Sequence record: DRR723986_9341
Strand: one strand, 5' to 3'
DNA length: 34,160 bases
Positions within the stretch are counted from its first letter, which is position 1; the number at the start of each line of letters is the position of its first letter. The notes beneath the pieces were generated by a model. It saw only the letters and a list, made by a program, of their open reading frames with translations, had not been told where the DNA came from and did not search any database. Below, in pieces: positions 25,521 to 34,160 of the stretch. Position numbers and translations under genes: made by a program.

Positions 25521-27812
25521 CTATTTCTTAACCCATCTAGTTTGAAGAGATTTTACTGAATTAGAAAAAGTAACAAAATAAAACCCCGGCTTCAAAAGCT
25601 GTAGTTCTTCGGTGAATTTGATTTCACTATAGCCAAATGATGAAATTAAAACTCCCTGAGTCGAGTAAATGAAGACTTGAGTATTTTCAGCATTATAGCT
25701 TTCAGGCAGTATAACTCGGATGCTGCCACTGGAATGAGGGTTTGGAAAAATTGAGAATTGATCATTAAGGTTACCCGAGAGCTTGTCTAATCTTACAACC
25801 CTGCTCCAAGATGATTGGCCTGAAAGGTCTATCAGTCTAATTTGATAATAAGTTGTGACAGGAGTTGATAAGCTAATGTCTGAGAAAGAATAAATGGCAG
25901 GAGAGTCTGAATTGCCTTGACTGGGCACTTCGCCGATTTTTTCCCATTTGGTCAAAGGGGAATCTGATCTGTAGATTTCAAATTTCTCATTCTCATTTTC
26001 ACATGCCACCGACCAGGTGATATGTTTTATGTTTTCTTTGAAACTTACAGAAAGTGAAAGCCAGGTGACAGGAAGAATTCTCAATGTTCGGAAACTGCCT
26101 ACTGTGAAGTTTTTACCTGGCAGATCGTCAAATGTTAGGTTTCTAATAGCCCAAAGGTTAGTTGCATCGGAACTTTCTATATGAATTCCCGGAGCTGCAT
26201 AACCCGTACACACCAGTCTAAGATCTTCCGGCTCATCGACGATTAAGTTTTGCGCTGAAATTCGTAATTCAAGTGGGTTAGTGCTCGTATTTAACCCCGA
26301 AAAATTGAAGTAACTAAATAACCTATATAGAATTGGAGTGCCGTCCAAATCATTGAAACTTGGATTGAAATCTGCTCCTTTATATTCAGTGTAATTGATG
26401 GTGAGATTTCCACCCGCATTTATGCCAAGTAATTGCACTTTTCGGATACCTCCATGATATCGATCGCCAAAGGGAAAGGAGCCATTCGTAGCAGTAAAAG
26501 TTATAGGCACATTCGCATAGGTAAAAGATGATAGGTTTTCCCAAGAACCAGCTTGATAATTCAATACTCCAGAATTCGAGGTATTGATGCTGAGGCTGTT
26601 ATTTTGGAAATCCAGTTTGCCGTCAAGCATGGTGAGGTTTCGAAGTACGTTCATGTTTTGATCTAACTTGAGCTTACCGTCTGATTTATTGACAGTTAAA
26701 TCCTGAGGGCTAAAAGCAAATCCCACAATTTCCTGATCGGCAGTTCCTGAAAAAGTAAGGTGTGAATTGTTGGTCAGAAATTGACCTGAACCCATGCGAG
26801 ACAAATCTCCTGTGATTGTCAAAGTGGAGGGGAATTGGACATTTTGTAATCCTTGTATTTCTATATGGTGAAAAGATGATAGGGTACCTGCATCTGCGAA
26901 AGTAGGTGCTAGAATGGACTTGGTGGATGATCCCCCTCTGAATATCACTTTTCCGTCCATTCGGAAATTTGCTGCTTCAATTCTGGGGCTCGTGCCTTCT
27001 AGGATCAAAGTTCCTCCTGATTGTAAATCAAAGAGACTGGCGCTTCTCGAAGCAGATCTGAAAATTATATTGTCATTGCATTTACTTATAAGAGTTCCTC
27101 CATTTTCTATATTGAAATCCCCAAAGGTACCTAGTCCATATGAGTTGTTGACATTAAAAGAAAAGCTTGAACAGGCGCCAAGGTTAGTTAGGTTTTGAAT
27201 AACTGTCCCAGATTTAATAGTGAATTGAAGAGCTTTAAAGGGCTCCTCTACAGATAATTCCATTCCTGGCCCAGGATCAAAAATGACTGAATAGTTACTG
27301 TTTTGTGCATTTCCAGACCAAGCCGCATCTAGAATAATTGTTCTAGAGGCACCTTTAAAGGTAATAGTGCTTTCGAATGAGTTCCCAATCCAGTTTGTGC
27401 TGTTGTGTGCCCCGTCTGGGATTCCAGGGGCATTTCCAAGGAAGCCTTGTAGGGTTCCGAAAATATTTAAGTTGTATCCATTTAAGTTTAATTTTGCTAC
27501 TGCATCCTGGGAATTAATAAATACACTTTTTGCTTCTTCATTACCTGTCAACGTTAATAAAGTATTTCGGTCAATATAAATATCATTAGTCCGACTGGGC
27601 TTTACTGATGCTGCAGTCCAAATTGCTCCATCATATATTTGCCAGATAGAAACCGTACTAAAATTTCCAGATGCAATCGTACGATATGAGCCTGTTTCTT
27701 GGCAAAAGCAAAGGTTGAACCAAAGGCAATAAAGTGTAACTGCCGAGAATATGAAGTATATTCGGCATTGAAAAAGTGCCTTCCAGGCCAACGTTTTGCC
27801 CCGTGTTTTCAT
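25521..27812 (-). CDS. T9SS type-A sorting-domain secreted protein of unknown function
   Basis: G/T/N-rich beta-repeat body, LPVTWLS Ig-like linker (FEIYRS, YYQIRLID), and C-terminal domain IFPNP...LKPGFYFV...RWVKK. Confidence 0.85.
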   Translation of the reverse strand: MKTRGKTLAWKALFQCRIYFIFSAVTLYCLWFNLCFCQETGSYRTIASGNFSTVSIWQIYDGAIWTAASVKPSRTNDIYIDRNTLLTLTGNEEAKSVFINSQDAVAKLNLNGYNLNIFGTLQGFLGNAPGIPDGAHNSTNWIGNSFESTITFKGASRTIILDAAWSGNAQNSNYSVIFDPGPGMELSVEEPFKALQFTIKSGTVIQNLTNLGACSSFSFNVNNSYGLGTFGDFNIENGGTLISKCNDNIIFRSASRSASLFDLQSGGTLILEGTSPRIEAANFRMDGKVIFRGGSSTKSILAPTFADAGTLSSFHHIEIQGLQNVQFPSTLTITGDLSRMGSGQFLTNNSHLTFSGTADQEIVGFAFSPQDLTVNKSDGKLKLDQNMNVLRNLTMLDGKLDFQNNSLSINTSNSGVLNYQAGSWENLSSFTYANVPITFTATNGSFPFGDRYHGGIRKVQLLGINAGGNLTINYTEYKGADFNPSFNDLDGTPILYRLFSYFNFSGLNTSTNPLELRISAQNLIVDEPEDLRLVCTGYAAPGIHIESSDATNLWAIRNLTFDDLPGKNFTVGSFRTLRILPVTWLSLSVSFKENIKHITWSVACENENEKFEIYRSDSPLTKWEKIGEVPSQGNSDSPAIYSFSDISLSTPVTTYYQIRLIDLSGQSSWSRVVRLDKLSGNLNDQFSIFPNPHSSGSIRVILPESYNAENTQVFIYSTQGVLISSFGYSEIKFTEELQLLKPGFYFVTFSNSVKSLQTRWVKK

Positions 27813-27853
27813 TTTAAAAAGTATTCTGAAAAAGCGTCTATTAATTTAGTGAA

Positions 27854-29044
27854 ATGAATTTTAAAAAAACAATAGTTAGTTTTATTTTTTTATTGATTGT
27901 CAGTGGTTTAGGTGCACTTAAAGCCCAGCAATACCAAATTTCTCTACTGACTTGTGATCCCGGAGAGGAGATCTATAGTTCCTTTGGGCATAGTGGGATT
28001 CGGGTGATCGAGTTGACTACGGGGAGGGATGTGGTGTATAACTATGGGACCTTTGACTTTGGCGCGCCTAATTTCGTCCTGAATTTTGCCGGAGGCAGAC
28101 TGGATTACTACCTCTCGGTATCGACTTTTGATCGCTTTATCGCAGAGTATGATTACTTCCAGCGCTCCGTACGGGAACAGGTATTGAGTCTAAATGAGCA
28201 GCAGAAGTTGGATTTGATTCGGTTTCTGGAGACGAATTACCTGCCTGAGAATAGGGCCTATCGTTACGACTTTTTCTTTGATAATTGTGCTACCCGAGTG
28301 CGTGATGCGATCAGTACGGTCCTGGGAGATCAGCTGATCTGGCATGATGAAGTTCGAGAGCCTGTTGAAAGTACTTTCAGAGAGTTGATCGACGAAATGG
28401 TTTACTATATGACCTGGTCAGATTTGGGAATTGATTTGGCACTGGGTTCCCGCTTGGACAGGGATGCGACGCCACTGGAAGAGCAGTTTCTGCCTAAGTA
28501 TGTGGAAGGGGCCTTTTCCAGAGCTGAGATCCAGGGAGATGGCCCTACCCGGCCTTTGGTGGAGAAAAGTAGCGTGATTTTGAATTTTGAAAAACCGGAA
28601 GGTTCTTTTGGAGCCATCAATCCCTATTGGATTTTTTGGGTGATAGCGTTCGTATTTACAGGGATTACGTTCATTGGATTTAAGAAGAAAAAGCTATTCG
28701 TGGGATTTGATATTGCATTTTTTGGAATATTAGGGATCGTAGGATTGGTGATGACTTTGCTGTGGATAGGATCGGAAATTCCTTCTACCAAGTACAATTG
28801 GAATATACTCTGGGCATTTCCAGGGCATTTAGTATTGGCGATTGTTTTACTTAGAAAAACCATAAAACCTTGGGTTTTAAAATACCTTCTTTTTGCCCTG
28901 ATTATGGCTGATGCTGCAGTGGTATTCTGGATTTTGGGTTGGCAATCCTTTCACCCTAGTCTAATTCCTTTGCTTTTGGTGCTGATCCTTAGAACAAACT
29001 ATTTGTATTACAATGTTGGGAAGTTTAAGCAGGTAGAAAAGTAA
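27854..29044 (+). CDS. DUF4105 protein, Lnb-type lipoprotein N-acyltransferase candidate
   Basis: ISLLTCDPGEEIYSSFGHS, YNYGTFDF, YRYDFFFDNCATR (His/Cys dyad), FLP, and several C-terminal TM segments. Confidence 0.8.
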   Translation: MNFKKTIVSFIFLLIVSGLGALKAQQYQISLLTCDPGEEIYSSFGHSGIRVIELTTGRDVVYNYGTFDFGAPNFVLNFAGGRLDYYLSVSTFDRFIAEYDYFQRSVREQVLSLNEQQKLDLIRFLETNYLPENRAYRYDFFFDNCATRVRDAISTVLGDQLIWHDEVREPVESTFRELIDEMVYYMTWSDLGIDLALGSRLDRDATPLEEQFLPKYVEGAFSRAEIQGDGPTRPLVEKSSVILNFEKPEGSFGAINPYWIFWVIAFVFTGITFIGFKKKKLFVGFDIAFFGILGIVGLVMTLLWIGSEIPSTKYNWNILWAFPGHLVLAIVLLRKTIKPWVLKYLLFALIMADAAVVFWILGWQSFHPSLIPLLLVLILRTNYLYYNVGKFKQVEK

Positions 29045-29065
29045 TTTTCTCTTTCCCTCTAAACT

Positions 29066-29097
29066 TTTGCATAGTGGGTTGGTGTTAGGTATTTTCG
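29066..29097 (+). promoter_or_regulatory. Candidate Bacteroidota promoter for uvrB
   Basis: TTTG (29066-29069), a 20-nt spacer, then TATTTTCG (29090-29097), one mismatch from TAnnTTTG. Confidence 0.5.
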
Positions 29098-29107
29098 GAC
29101 GAAGCTT

Positions 29108-31150
29108 ATGGAATTCAAACTTACCTCAGATTATCAGCCTACAGGAGATCAGCCCAAGGCTATAGAACAACTGACGGCTGGAGTCAATAACGGCGATCAG
29201 GCCCAGGTTCTATTAGGCGTGACTGGTTCTGGAAAAACCTTTACCATTGCCAATCTTATTCAGCAAACACAGCGACCAACGCTGGTCCTGAGTCATAATA
29301 AGACTTTGGCGGCTCAGCTGTACGGAGAGTTCAAGCAGTTTTTTCCAGAAAATGCGGTTGAGTATTTTATTTCCTACTACGATTATTATCAGCCGGAAGC
29401 CTTTATACCCACTTCTGGTACCTATATAGAAAAAGATCTTTCCATTAATGAGGAGATCGAGAAGCTACGATTGAGCGCGTCATCGGCATTGCTGACAGGT
29501 AGGAGAGATGTGATTGTGGTTGCTTCTGTGTCTTGTATTTACGGTATTGGTAATCCGGATGAATTTGGGAAAAATGTCATCAAACTTCAGGAAGGGGACC
29601 GGATTCCTAGAAATCAGTTGCTATTTAAGCTGGTGGATATATTATATAGCCGAACCCAGCATGAGTTGACACACGGAACCTTCAGAGTGAAGGGCGATAC
29701 AGTAGATATTTTTGTGGCTTATGCTGACTGGGGATATCGAATTTTCTTTTGGGGAGATGAGATTGAAGCTATTCAGCGATTTGATCCAGCTACAGGTAAG
29801 AAACTTAATGATGAAAAAATCATCTCGATTTTCCCTGCAAACCTGTTTGTGACTGGTAAGGATACCTTGCAGACCGCCATACATGAGATCCAATATGACA
29901 TGGTGGATCAAGTGAATTTCTTCGAAAGAGAAGGGAAGTTCATGGAGGCTAAGCGTCTTCAGGAACGCACGGAGTTTGATTTGGAAATGATGCGTGAGCT
30001 AGGCTACTGCTCTGGGGTAGAGAATTACTCCCGATATTTTGATCGGAGAGCTCCAGGAGCTAGGCCGTTCTGCTTGTTAGACTATTTCCCGGATGATTTT
30101 CTTTTGGTAGTAGATGAAAGTCATGTGACACTACCGCAGGTACGTGCTATGTGGGGAGGAGATAGGTCCCGAAAAATCAACTTGGTGGATTTTGGGTTTA
30201 GACTCCCTTCTGCTTTGGACAACCGTCCCTTGAAATTTGAAGAGTTTCAGGATCTGACCAATCAGGTGGTTTATGTTTCGGCGACACCTGCAGATTATGA
30301 ACTTTCACTTACGGAGGGAGTGGTCGTGGAGCAAATTATTCGTCCTACAGGACTTTTGGACCCTACGATTGAGGTGAGACCTAGCCAAAATCAAATAGAT
30401 GATTTGCTGGAGGAAATAGATCAGACGATCAAGTCTGGTGCAAGGACATTGGTCACAACTCTAACCAAAAGGATGGCTGAAGAGCTTCAGAAATTCCTTG
30501 AAAGGGCTGGCGTAAAGTCACGTTATATTCACTCTGAAGTAAAAACACTCGATAGGGTAGAAATTCTACGTGAATTACGCTTAGGTATCTTCGATGTATT
30601 GGTTGGAGTAAACCTTTTGAGGGAAGGATTGGATTTGCCGGAGGTTTCTTTGGTGGCGATTTTGGATGCAGATAAGGAAGGTTTCCTTCGAAATGAACGG
30701 AGTCTGGTGCAGACTATTGGTCGTGCGGCACGGAATTCGGAAGGGCGAGTGATTATGTATGCCGATAAAATTACTGATTCCATGCAGTTAGCGATAGATG
30801 AAACCAAGCGAAGACGTGCCTTACAAATCGAATACAATACTGCTAATGGCATCACCCCGACAACAATTCTGAAATCTCATGATAAGATTATGGGACAAAC
30901 TAAAGTTGCGGACTCCAAGAAAAACGCTAAGTTCTACGCCGAACCAATGCCTGGTGAAGAAAGTATGGCTGCCGATCCAGTGGTGCAATATTTAAGCAAA
31001 GACAAATTGGAGAAATTGATCGCTCAGACTCAGAAGTTAATGGAAAAGGCAGCGAAGGAATTGAATTTCATGGAAGCTGCGCGACTACGCGATGAGTGGC
31101 AGTCCCAAAAATCTAGATTGGAGCAATTGAATCGTGGGGTAAGTAAATAG
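29108..31150 (+). CDS. uvrB: Excinuclease ABC subunit B
   Basis: [23 protein letters not shown] beta-hairpin, [26 protein letters not shown] and a C-terminal UVR coil. Confidence 0.99.
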   Translation: MEFKLTSDYQPTGDQPKAIEQLTAGVNNGDQAQVLLGVTGSGKTFTIANLIQQTQRPTLVLSHNKTLAAQLYGEFKQFFPENAVEYFISYYDYYQPEAFIPTSGTYIEKDLSINEEIEKLRLSASSALLTGRRDVIVVASVSCIYGIGNPDEFGKNVIKLQEGDRIPRNQLLFKLVDILYSRTQHELTHGTFRVKGDTVDIFVAYADWGYRIFFWGDEIEAIQRFDPATGKKLNDEKIISIFPANLFVTGKDTLQTAIHEIQYDMVDQVNFFEREGKFMEAKRLQERTEFDLEMMRELGYCSGVENYSRYFDRRAPGARPFCLLDYFPDDFLLVVDESHVTLPQVRAMWGGDRSRKINLVDFGFRLPSALDNRPLKFEEFQDLTNQVVYVSATPADYELSLTEGVVVEQIIRPTGLLDPTIEVRPSQNQIDDLLEEIDQTIKSGARTLVTTLTKRMAEELQKFLERAGVKSRYIHSEVKTLDRVEILRELRLGIFDVLVGVNLLREGLDLPEVSLVAILDADKEGFLRNERSLVQTIGRAARNSEGRVIMYADKITDSMQLAIDETKRRRALQIEYNTANGITPTTILKSHDKIMGQTKVADSKKNAKFYAEPMPGEESMAADPVVQYLSKDKLEKLIAQTQKLMEKAAKELNFMEAARLRDEWQSQKSRLEQLNRGVSK

Positions 31151-31177
31151 GGTTGACAGGGCAAAAAAATTGTAATA

Positions 31178-31813
31178 ATGACGCTTCAAGAGGTAAAGTT
31201 GCTTGCTGCAAAAGGTGAGGGACTGAGAATAGAGTTTAAGAAGAAAGCAACCTATCCTGAGAAGATTGTCCGTGAGTTAATTGCCTTTGCAAATACTTCG
31301 GGCGGCGATTTGCTGATCGGTGTAGATGATGACGGCACTGTCAGTGGCCAACGGTTTATTGAAGAAGAAATCTTTGTGATGGAAAATGCAATCAAAGAAT
31401 TGATCTTTCCACCATTAGCGTATGAATTATTTTCTATCAAACTAAATGAGAAAAAAGGTGTAGCAGTTTTTAAGATTTCTTGCAGCCCAAATAGACCACA
31501 TTATTTAAAAGAAAAAGACAGAAAGCAGGCTTTCATTCGTGTGGCTGATCGCTCAGTACAAGCGAGCAGGGAAGTTTGGGAAATATTAAGGCGTGGGAAA
31601 AACCCAAGAGATATGGTTTTTACTTATGGGAGAAAAGAAGAGATATTGATGAAGGCATTAGGAGAAGCTGAAAAAATCACGCTCAGGGAATTCGCTAAGC
31701 TAGCAAATCTGCCAAAGTTTTTAGCCTCTAAGACTTTGGTTCGCCTAGTGCTCGCTAATGTGCTACAGATTCACCCACAGGAGTCAGAAGACTTTTTTAC
31801 CCTCAAAAGTTAG
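31178..31813 (+). CDS. Schlafen/AlbA_2 domain protein with C-terminal HTH-like region
   Basis: GEGLRIEFK, ELIAFANTSGGDLLIGVDDDG and FIRVADRS; C-terminal ITLREFAKLANL...ASKTLVRL is wHTH-like. Confidence 0.82.
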   Translation: MTLQEVKLLAAKGEGLRIEFKKKATYPEKIVRELIAFANTSGGDLLIGVDDDGTVSGQRFIEEEIFVMENAIKELIFPPLAYELFSIKLNEKKGVAVFKISCSPNRPHYLKEKDRKQAFIRVADRSVQASREVWEILRRGKNPRDMVFTYGRKEEILMKALGEAEKITLREFAKLANLPKFLASKTLVRLVLANVLQIHPQESEDFFTLKS

Positions 31814-32720
31814 GGAGCTTTATACCATTTCTTGCCGTAAACCCGCTATTTCCTTGTAACCCTCCCGAGTGAACCAAAAGAATTTTTGAACCTATAGGGA
31901 AATAGTCTTTTTTGATCAAATCCCAGATTCCAAAGGCCATTTTTCCGGTATAGATAGGGTCTAGAACTAGTCCAAAGTTTTCATAAATCCACCAAATGAA
32001 ATCTATTAATTCTGGTTTGTGTCTGGCATAGCCGCCAAAATGATAATTGGTGAAAATCTCGTAAGTGCCCTTACTTAAAAGTTTGTGTTTCTCAATTAGC
32101 CCGGTAATTTCCTGGTGAATGAATTCCCCTTTTAAAGAAGAGAATCCAAGTAATTTTTGGTTTGAGCCAAGTGAGGCATAAAGCCCGGCGAAAGTTCCCC
32201 CAGTTCCTATGGAAGAACAAATATGAGAGTATAGCTGATCTTCTAAGTCTAAGATTTCTTGTGTGCCTTTGATAGCAAGTTCGTTAGTTCCTCCTTCTGG
32301 GATGAGGTAGAAATCACCAAATCTTTCTTTCAGATCAGTTAAAAATTCAGTTTTTGCTTTATTTCTGTAGGCAATTCTGTCAATAAAGTAAAGCTTCATC
32401 CCGAGCTTCTCTGCATGCAAAAGTGTGGGGTTGAGTGGTTCGGTCCGTTCCCCTCTTATGATGCCAATTGATTCCAATCCTTCAATTTTCGCTGCTTGAG
32501 AAGAAGCGTAGATATGATTAGAAAAAGCCCCTCCAAAGGTTAGTATCTTAGTTTTCCCTTCTTTTTTGGATTGTTCTAGATTGTATTTGAGTTTGAAAAA
32601 CTTGTTTCCAGAAATTTCAGAGTGAATGAGATCCAGGCGCTTAATGGCCAATTCGATTCCCTTTTCTTCTAACAAAGAGTGTGTAATAACTTGTGTAGGA
32701 ATTGTTTTTGGAAGTAGCAT
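31803..32720 (-). CDS. PLP-dependent D-cysteine desulfhydrase-like enzyme (ACC deaminase/DcyD family)
   Basis: KRLD...SGNKFFKL (PLP Lys), TFGGAFSNH, IPEGG, GTGGT, LDPIYTGK and HSGG. Confidence 0.88.
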   Translation of the reverse strand: MLLPKTIPTQVITHSLLEEKGIELAIKRLDLIHSEISGNKFFKLKYNLEQSKKEGKTKILTFGGAFSNHIYASSQAAKIEGLESIGIIRGERTEPLNPTLLHAEKLGMKLYFIDRIAYRNKAKTEFLTDLKERFGDFYLIPEGGTNELAIKGTQEILDLEDQLYSHICSSIGTGGTFAGLYASLGSNQKLLGFSSLKGEFIHQEITGLIEKHKLLSKGTYEIFTNYHFGGYARHKPELIDFIWWIYENFGLVLDPIYTGKMAFGIWDLIKKDYFPIGSKILLVHSGGLQGNSGFTARNGIKLPNF

Positions 32721-32731
32721 TTGTGGTGCTT

Positions 32732-32774
32732 TTTGACAGAGGTGTCAAAGTTAAGCCTGATAATCCTATTTTTG
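32732..32774. promoter_or_regulatory. Back-to-back divergent promoters with an overlapping palindrome
   Basis: Minus-strand TAACTTTG (32746-32753), plus-strand TATTTTTG (32767-32774), and TTTGACA-GAGG-TGTCAAA (32732-32749). Confidence 0.6.
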
Positions 32775-32778
32775 CAGC

Positions 32779-33813
32779 ATGAGCATGCACCCAGACGAAG
32801 ATTTTGACGAGGAAGAATTAGAGCTTTATGAGCACTACAAGTTTATAATCGACAAAGGTCAGACCCCAGTTAGAATTGATAAATTTTTGACAGGCAAGAT
32901 TGCTTTTGCTACCCGAAACAAGATACAGCAAGCTATCGATGCTGGAGCAATCCAGGTAAATGGAGAAACTATTAAGGGAAGTTATAAGGTGAAGCCGCTT
33001 GATGATATCCGAGTGTTGATGGGCAAGCCCCCCCGCGACACCGAAGTGGTTCCTGAGCATATTCCGCTGGATTTTGTTTATGAAGACAAGTACCTGCTTG
33101 TTGTCAACAAGCCTGCAGGAATGGTGGTACATCCTGCCCATGGTAACTGGTCGGGGACTCTAGTCAACGGTCTGGTGTATCACTTTCAGCATCTGCCAGA
33201 AATGAAAGGTAATGAAGGCCGTCCTGGGCTGGTTCATAGAATAGATAAGGATACTTCAGGGTTACTTGTGATTGCAAAAGCTGAAGAGGTGATGACTCAT
33301 TTGGCAAAGCAGTTTTTTCACCATACGATAGAGCGAACTTACTTGGCTTTGGTATGGGGAGAGCCGGAAGAAGATTCGGGTACTGTGACTGGTCATGTAG
33401 GAAGAAGTGCAAAAAACCGTAAGATCATGGATGTATTTCCTGACGGAAGTCAAGGCAAGCATGCAGTCACTCACTGGAAAGTACTTCAAAGGTTGAGGTA
33501 CGTGTCACTAATACAGTGTAATCTGGAAACTGGCCGTACGCATCAAATCCGGGCGCACATGAAATACTTAGGCCATCCGCTTTTCAATGATGCCATGTAT
33601 GGAGGGGATAAAATCCGAAAAGGGACCCAGTTCTCAAAGTATAAAACCTTCGTTCATAATACGTTTGAGCTTTTGCCGCGCCAGGCACTTCATGCCAAAT
33701 CCCTAGGCTTCCTACATCCAGTGACCAATGAGAAACTATATTTTGAAGCACCTTTACCTGCCGATTTTCAGTCAGCATTAGATAAGTGGGAGAATTATGT
33801 CAACTTTGAATAA
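32779..33813 (+). CDS. rluD: RluA-family 23S rRNA pseudouridine synthase with S4 domain
   Basis: S4 motif RIDKFL, NKPAGMVVHP, catalytic HRIDKDTSG, ETGRTHQIR and RQALHA. Confidence 0.93.
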   Translation: MSMHPDEDFDEEELELYEHYKFIIDKGQTPVRIDKFLTGKIAFATRNKIQQAIDAGAIQVNGETIKGSYKVKPLDDIRVLMGKPPRDTEVVPEHIPLDFVYEDKYLLVVNKPAGMVVHPAHGNWSGTLVNGLVYHFQHLPEMKGNEGRPGLVHRIDKDTSGLLVIAKAEEVMTHLAKQFFHHTIERTYLALVWGEPEEDSGTVTGHVGRSAKNRKIMDVFPDGSQGKHAVTHWKVLQRLRYVSLIQCNLETGRTHQIRAHMKYLGHPLFNDAMYGGDKIRKGTQFSKYKTFVHNTFELLPRQALHAKSLGFLHPVTNEKLYFEAPLPADFQSALDKWENYVNFE

Positions 33814-34027
33814 GAGGCTTGTGTTTAAAAATTACGCAATAATTGAGTCTAAATGATATGATTTCAGCAATAAAATGGCTGTTTTTAGGCTGTATTGGCA
33901 ATATTAGTATGAATCATTAAGAAATAGTCAATTTTGAACTCGATAATACAATAGATTTTGATGATATGGTATTTATCAAACGTTTTCATTAAAAATAATG
34001 TAAATATTCAGTTTTATTTTTGAATTA

Positions 34028-34059
34028 TTTGCAATAAATAAACCGACCTTCTATATTTG
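34028..34059 (+). promoter_or_regulatory. Consensus Bacteroidota sigma-70 promoter upstream of the tRNA-like gene
   Basis: TTTG (34028-34031), a 20-nt spacer, then TATATTTG (34052-34059): an exact -33/-7 match. Confidence 0.8.
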
Positions 34060-34130
34060 AATCATACAAAGAGGGAAAAACAAACGGTTTACTCTCAAAG
34101 CACTCAGAATACATTGAAATTACACTACAC

Positions 34131-34160
34131 TGTAGGATGTTGAAATTGGCAGACAAGCCC
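34131..34160 (+). tRNA. 5' part of a tRNA or tRNA-like gene with a class II/Leu-type D-arm, cut by the window end; anticodon not visible
   Basis: TGTAGGA-TG-TTG-AAATTGGCAGA-CAA-G-CCC reads as a 7-nt acceptor strand, U8, a 3-bp D-stem TTG/CAA, a D-loop with GG, and G26. Confidence 0.65.

Noticed and set aside
31803-32720. True ACC deaminase (acdS)
   Set aside because: It has YTGK and HSGG where ACC deaminases have YEGK and HLGG; these residues indicate the D-cysteine desulfhydrase-like branch.
174-33778. Numerous 60-180 aa alternative-frame and antisense ORFs in the track
   Set aside because: All are nested in or antisense to well-supported genes and show no recognisable motifs.
33834-33848. 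Imperfect palindrome ACGCAAT-A-ATTGAGT after rluD as an operator
   Set aside because: It has one mismatch in seven, sits in an AT-rich region, and is about 180 nt from the next promoter; support is insufficient.

Overview
This is a gene-dense chromosomal window from a Bacteroidota bacterium. The phylum is inferred from TAnnTTTG-type promoters, a T9SS-sorted protein and an Oar-like TonB-dependent receptor; Cyclobacteriaceae/Algoriphagus-like is a looser guess. The left ~9 kb holds a periplasmic Cys-type sulfatase, a tightly coupled MoxR–DUF58–DUF4381–VWA–VWA/TPR–BatD operon and a convergent DUF4235 gene. That whole block is bracketed by two inverted copies of a ~50-58 nt structured non-coding element (2-50 and 8892-8949). 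The rest is mostly housekeeping and envelope genes: DUF2490 and DUF481 barrels, a YhhN protein, a TonB-dependent receptor, a hydrolase plus RND efflux operon, mltF, ridA-like plus gntP, a T9SS cargo, Lnb/DUF4105, uvrB, a Schlafen/AlbA_2 protein, a D-cysteine desulfhydrase-like enzyme and rluD. The window ends in the 5' part of an atypical tRNA-like gene. No transposase, integrase or CRISPR array is visible. The most interesting candidates are the flanking structured repeat, a sulfatase-associated MoxR/VWA maturation machine, an internal lipoprotein signal in its VWA-TPR subunit, and a Schlafen-like nuclease directly behind uvrB.
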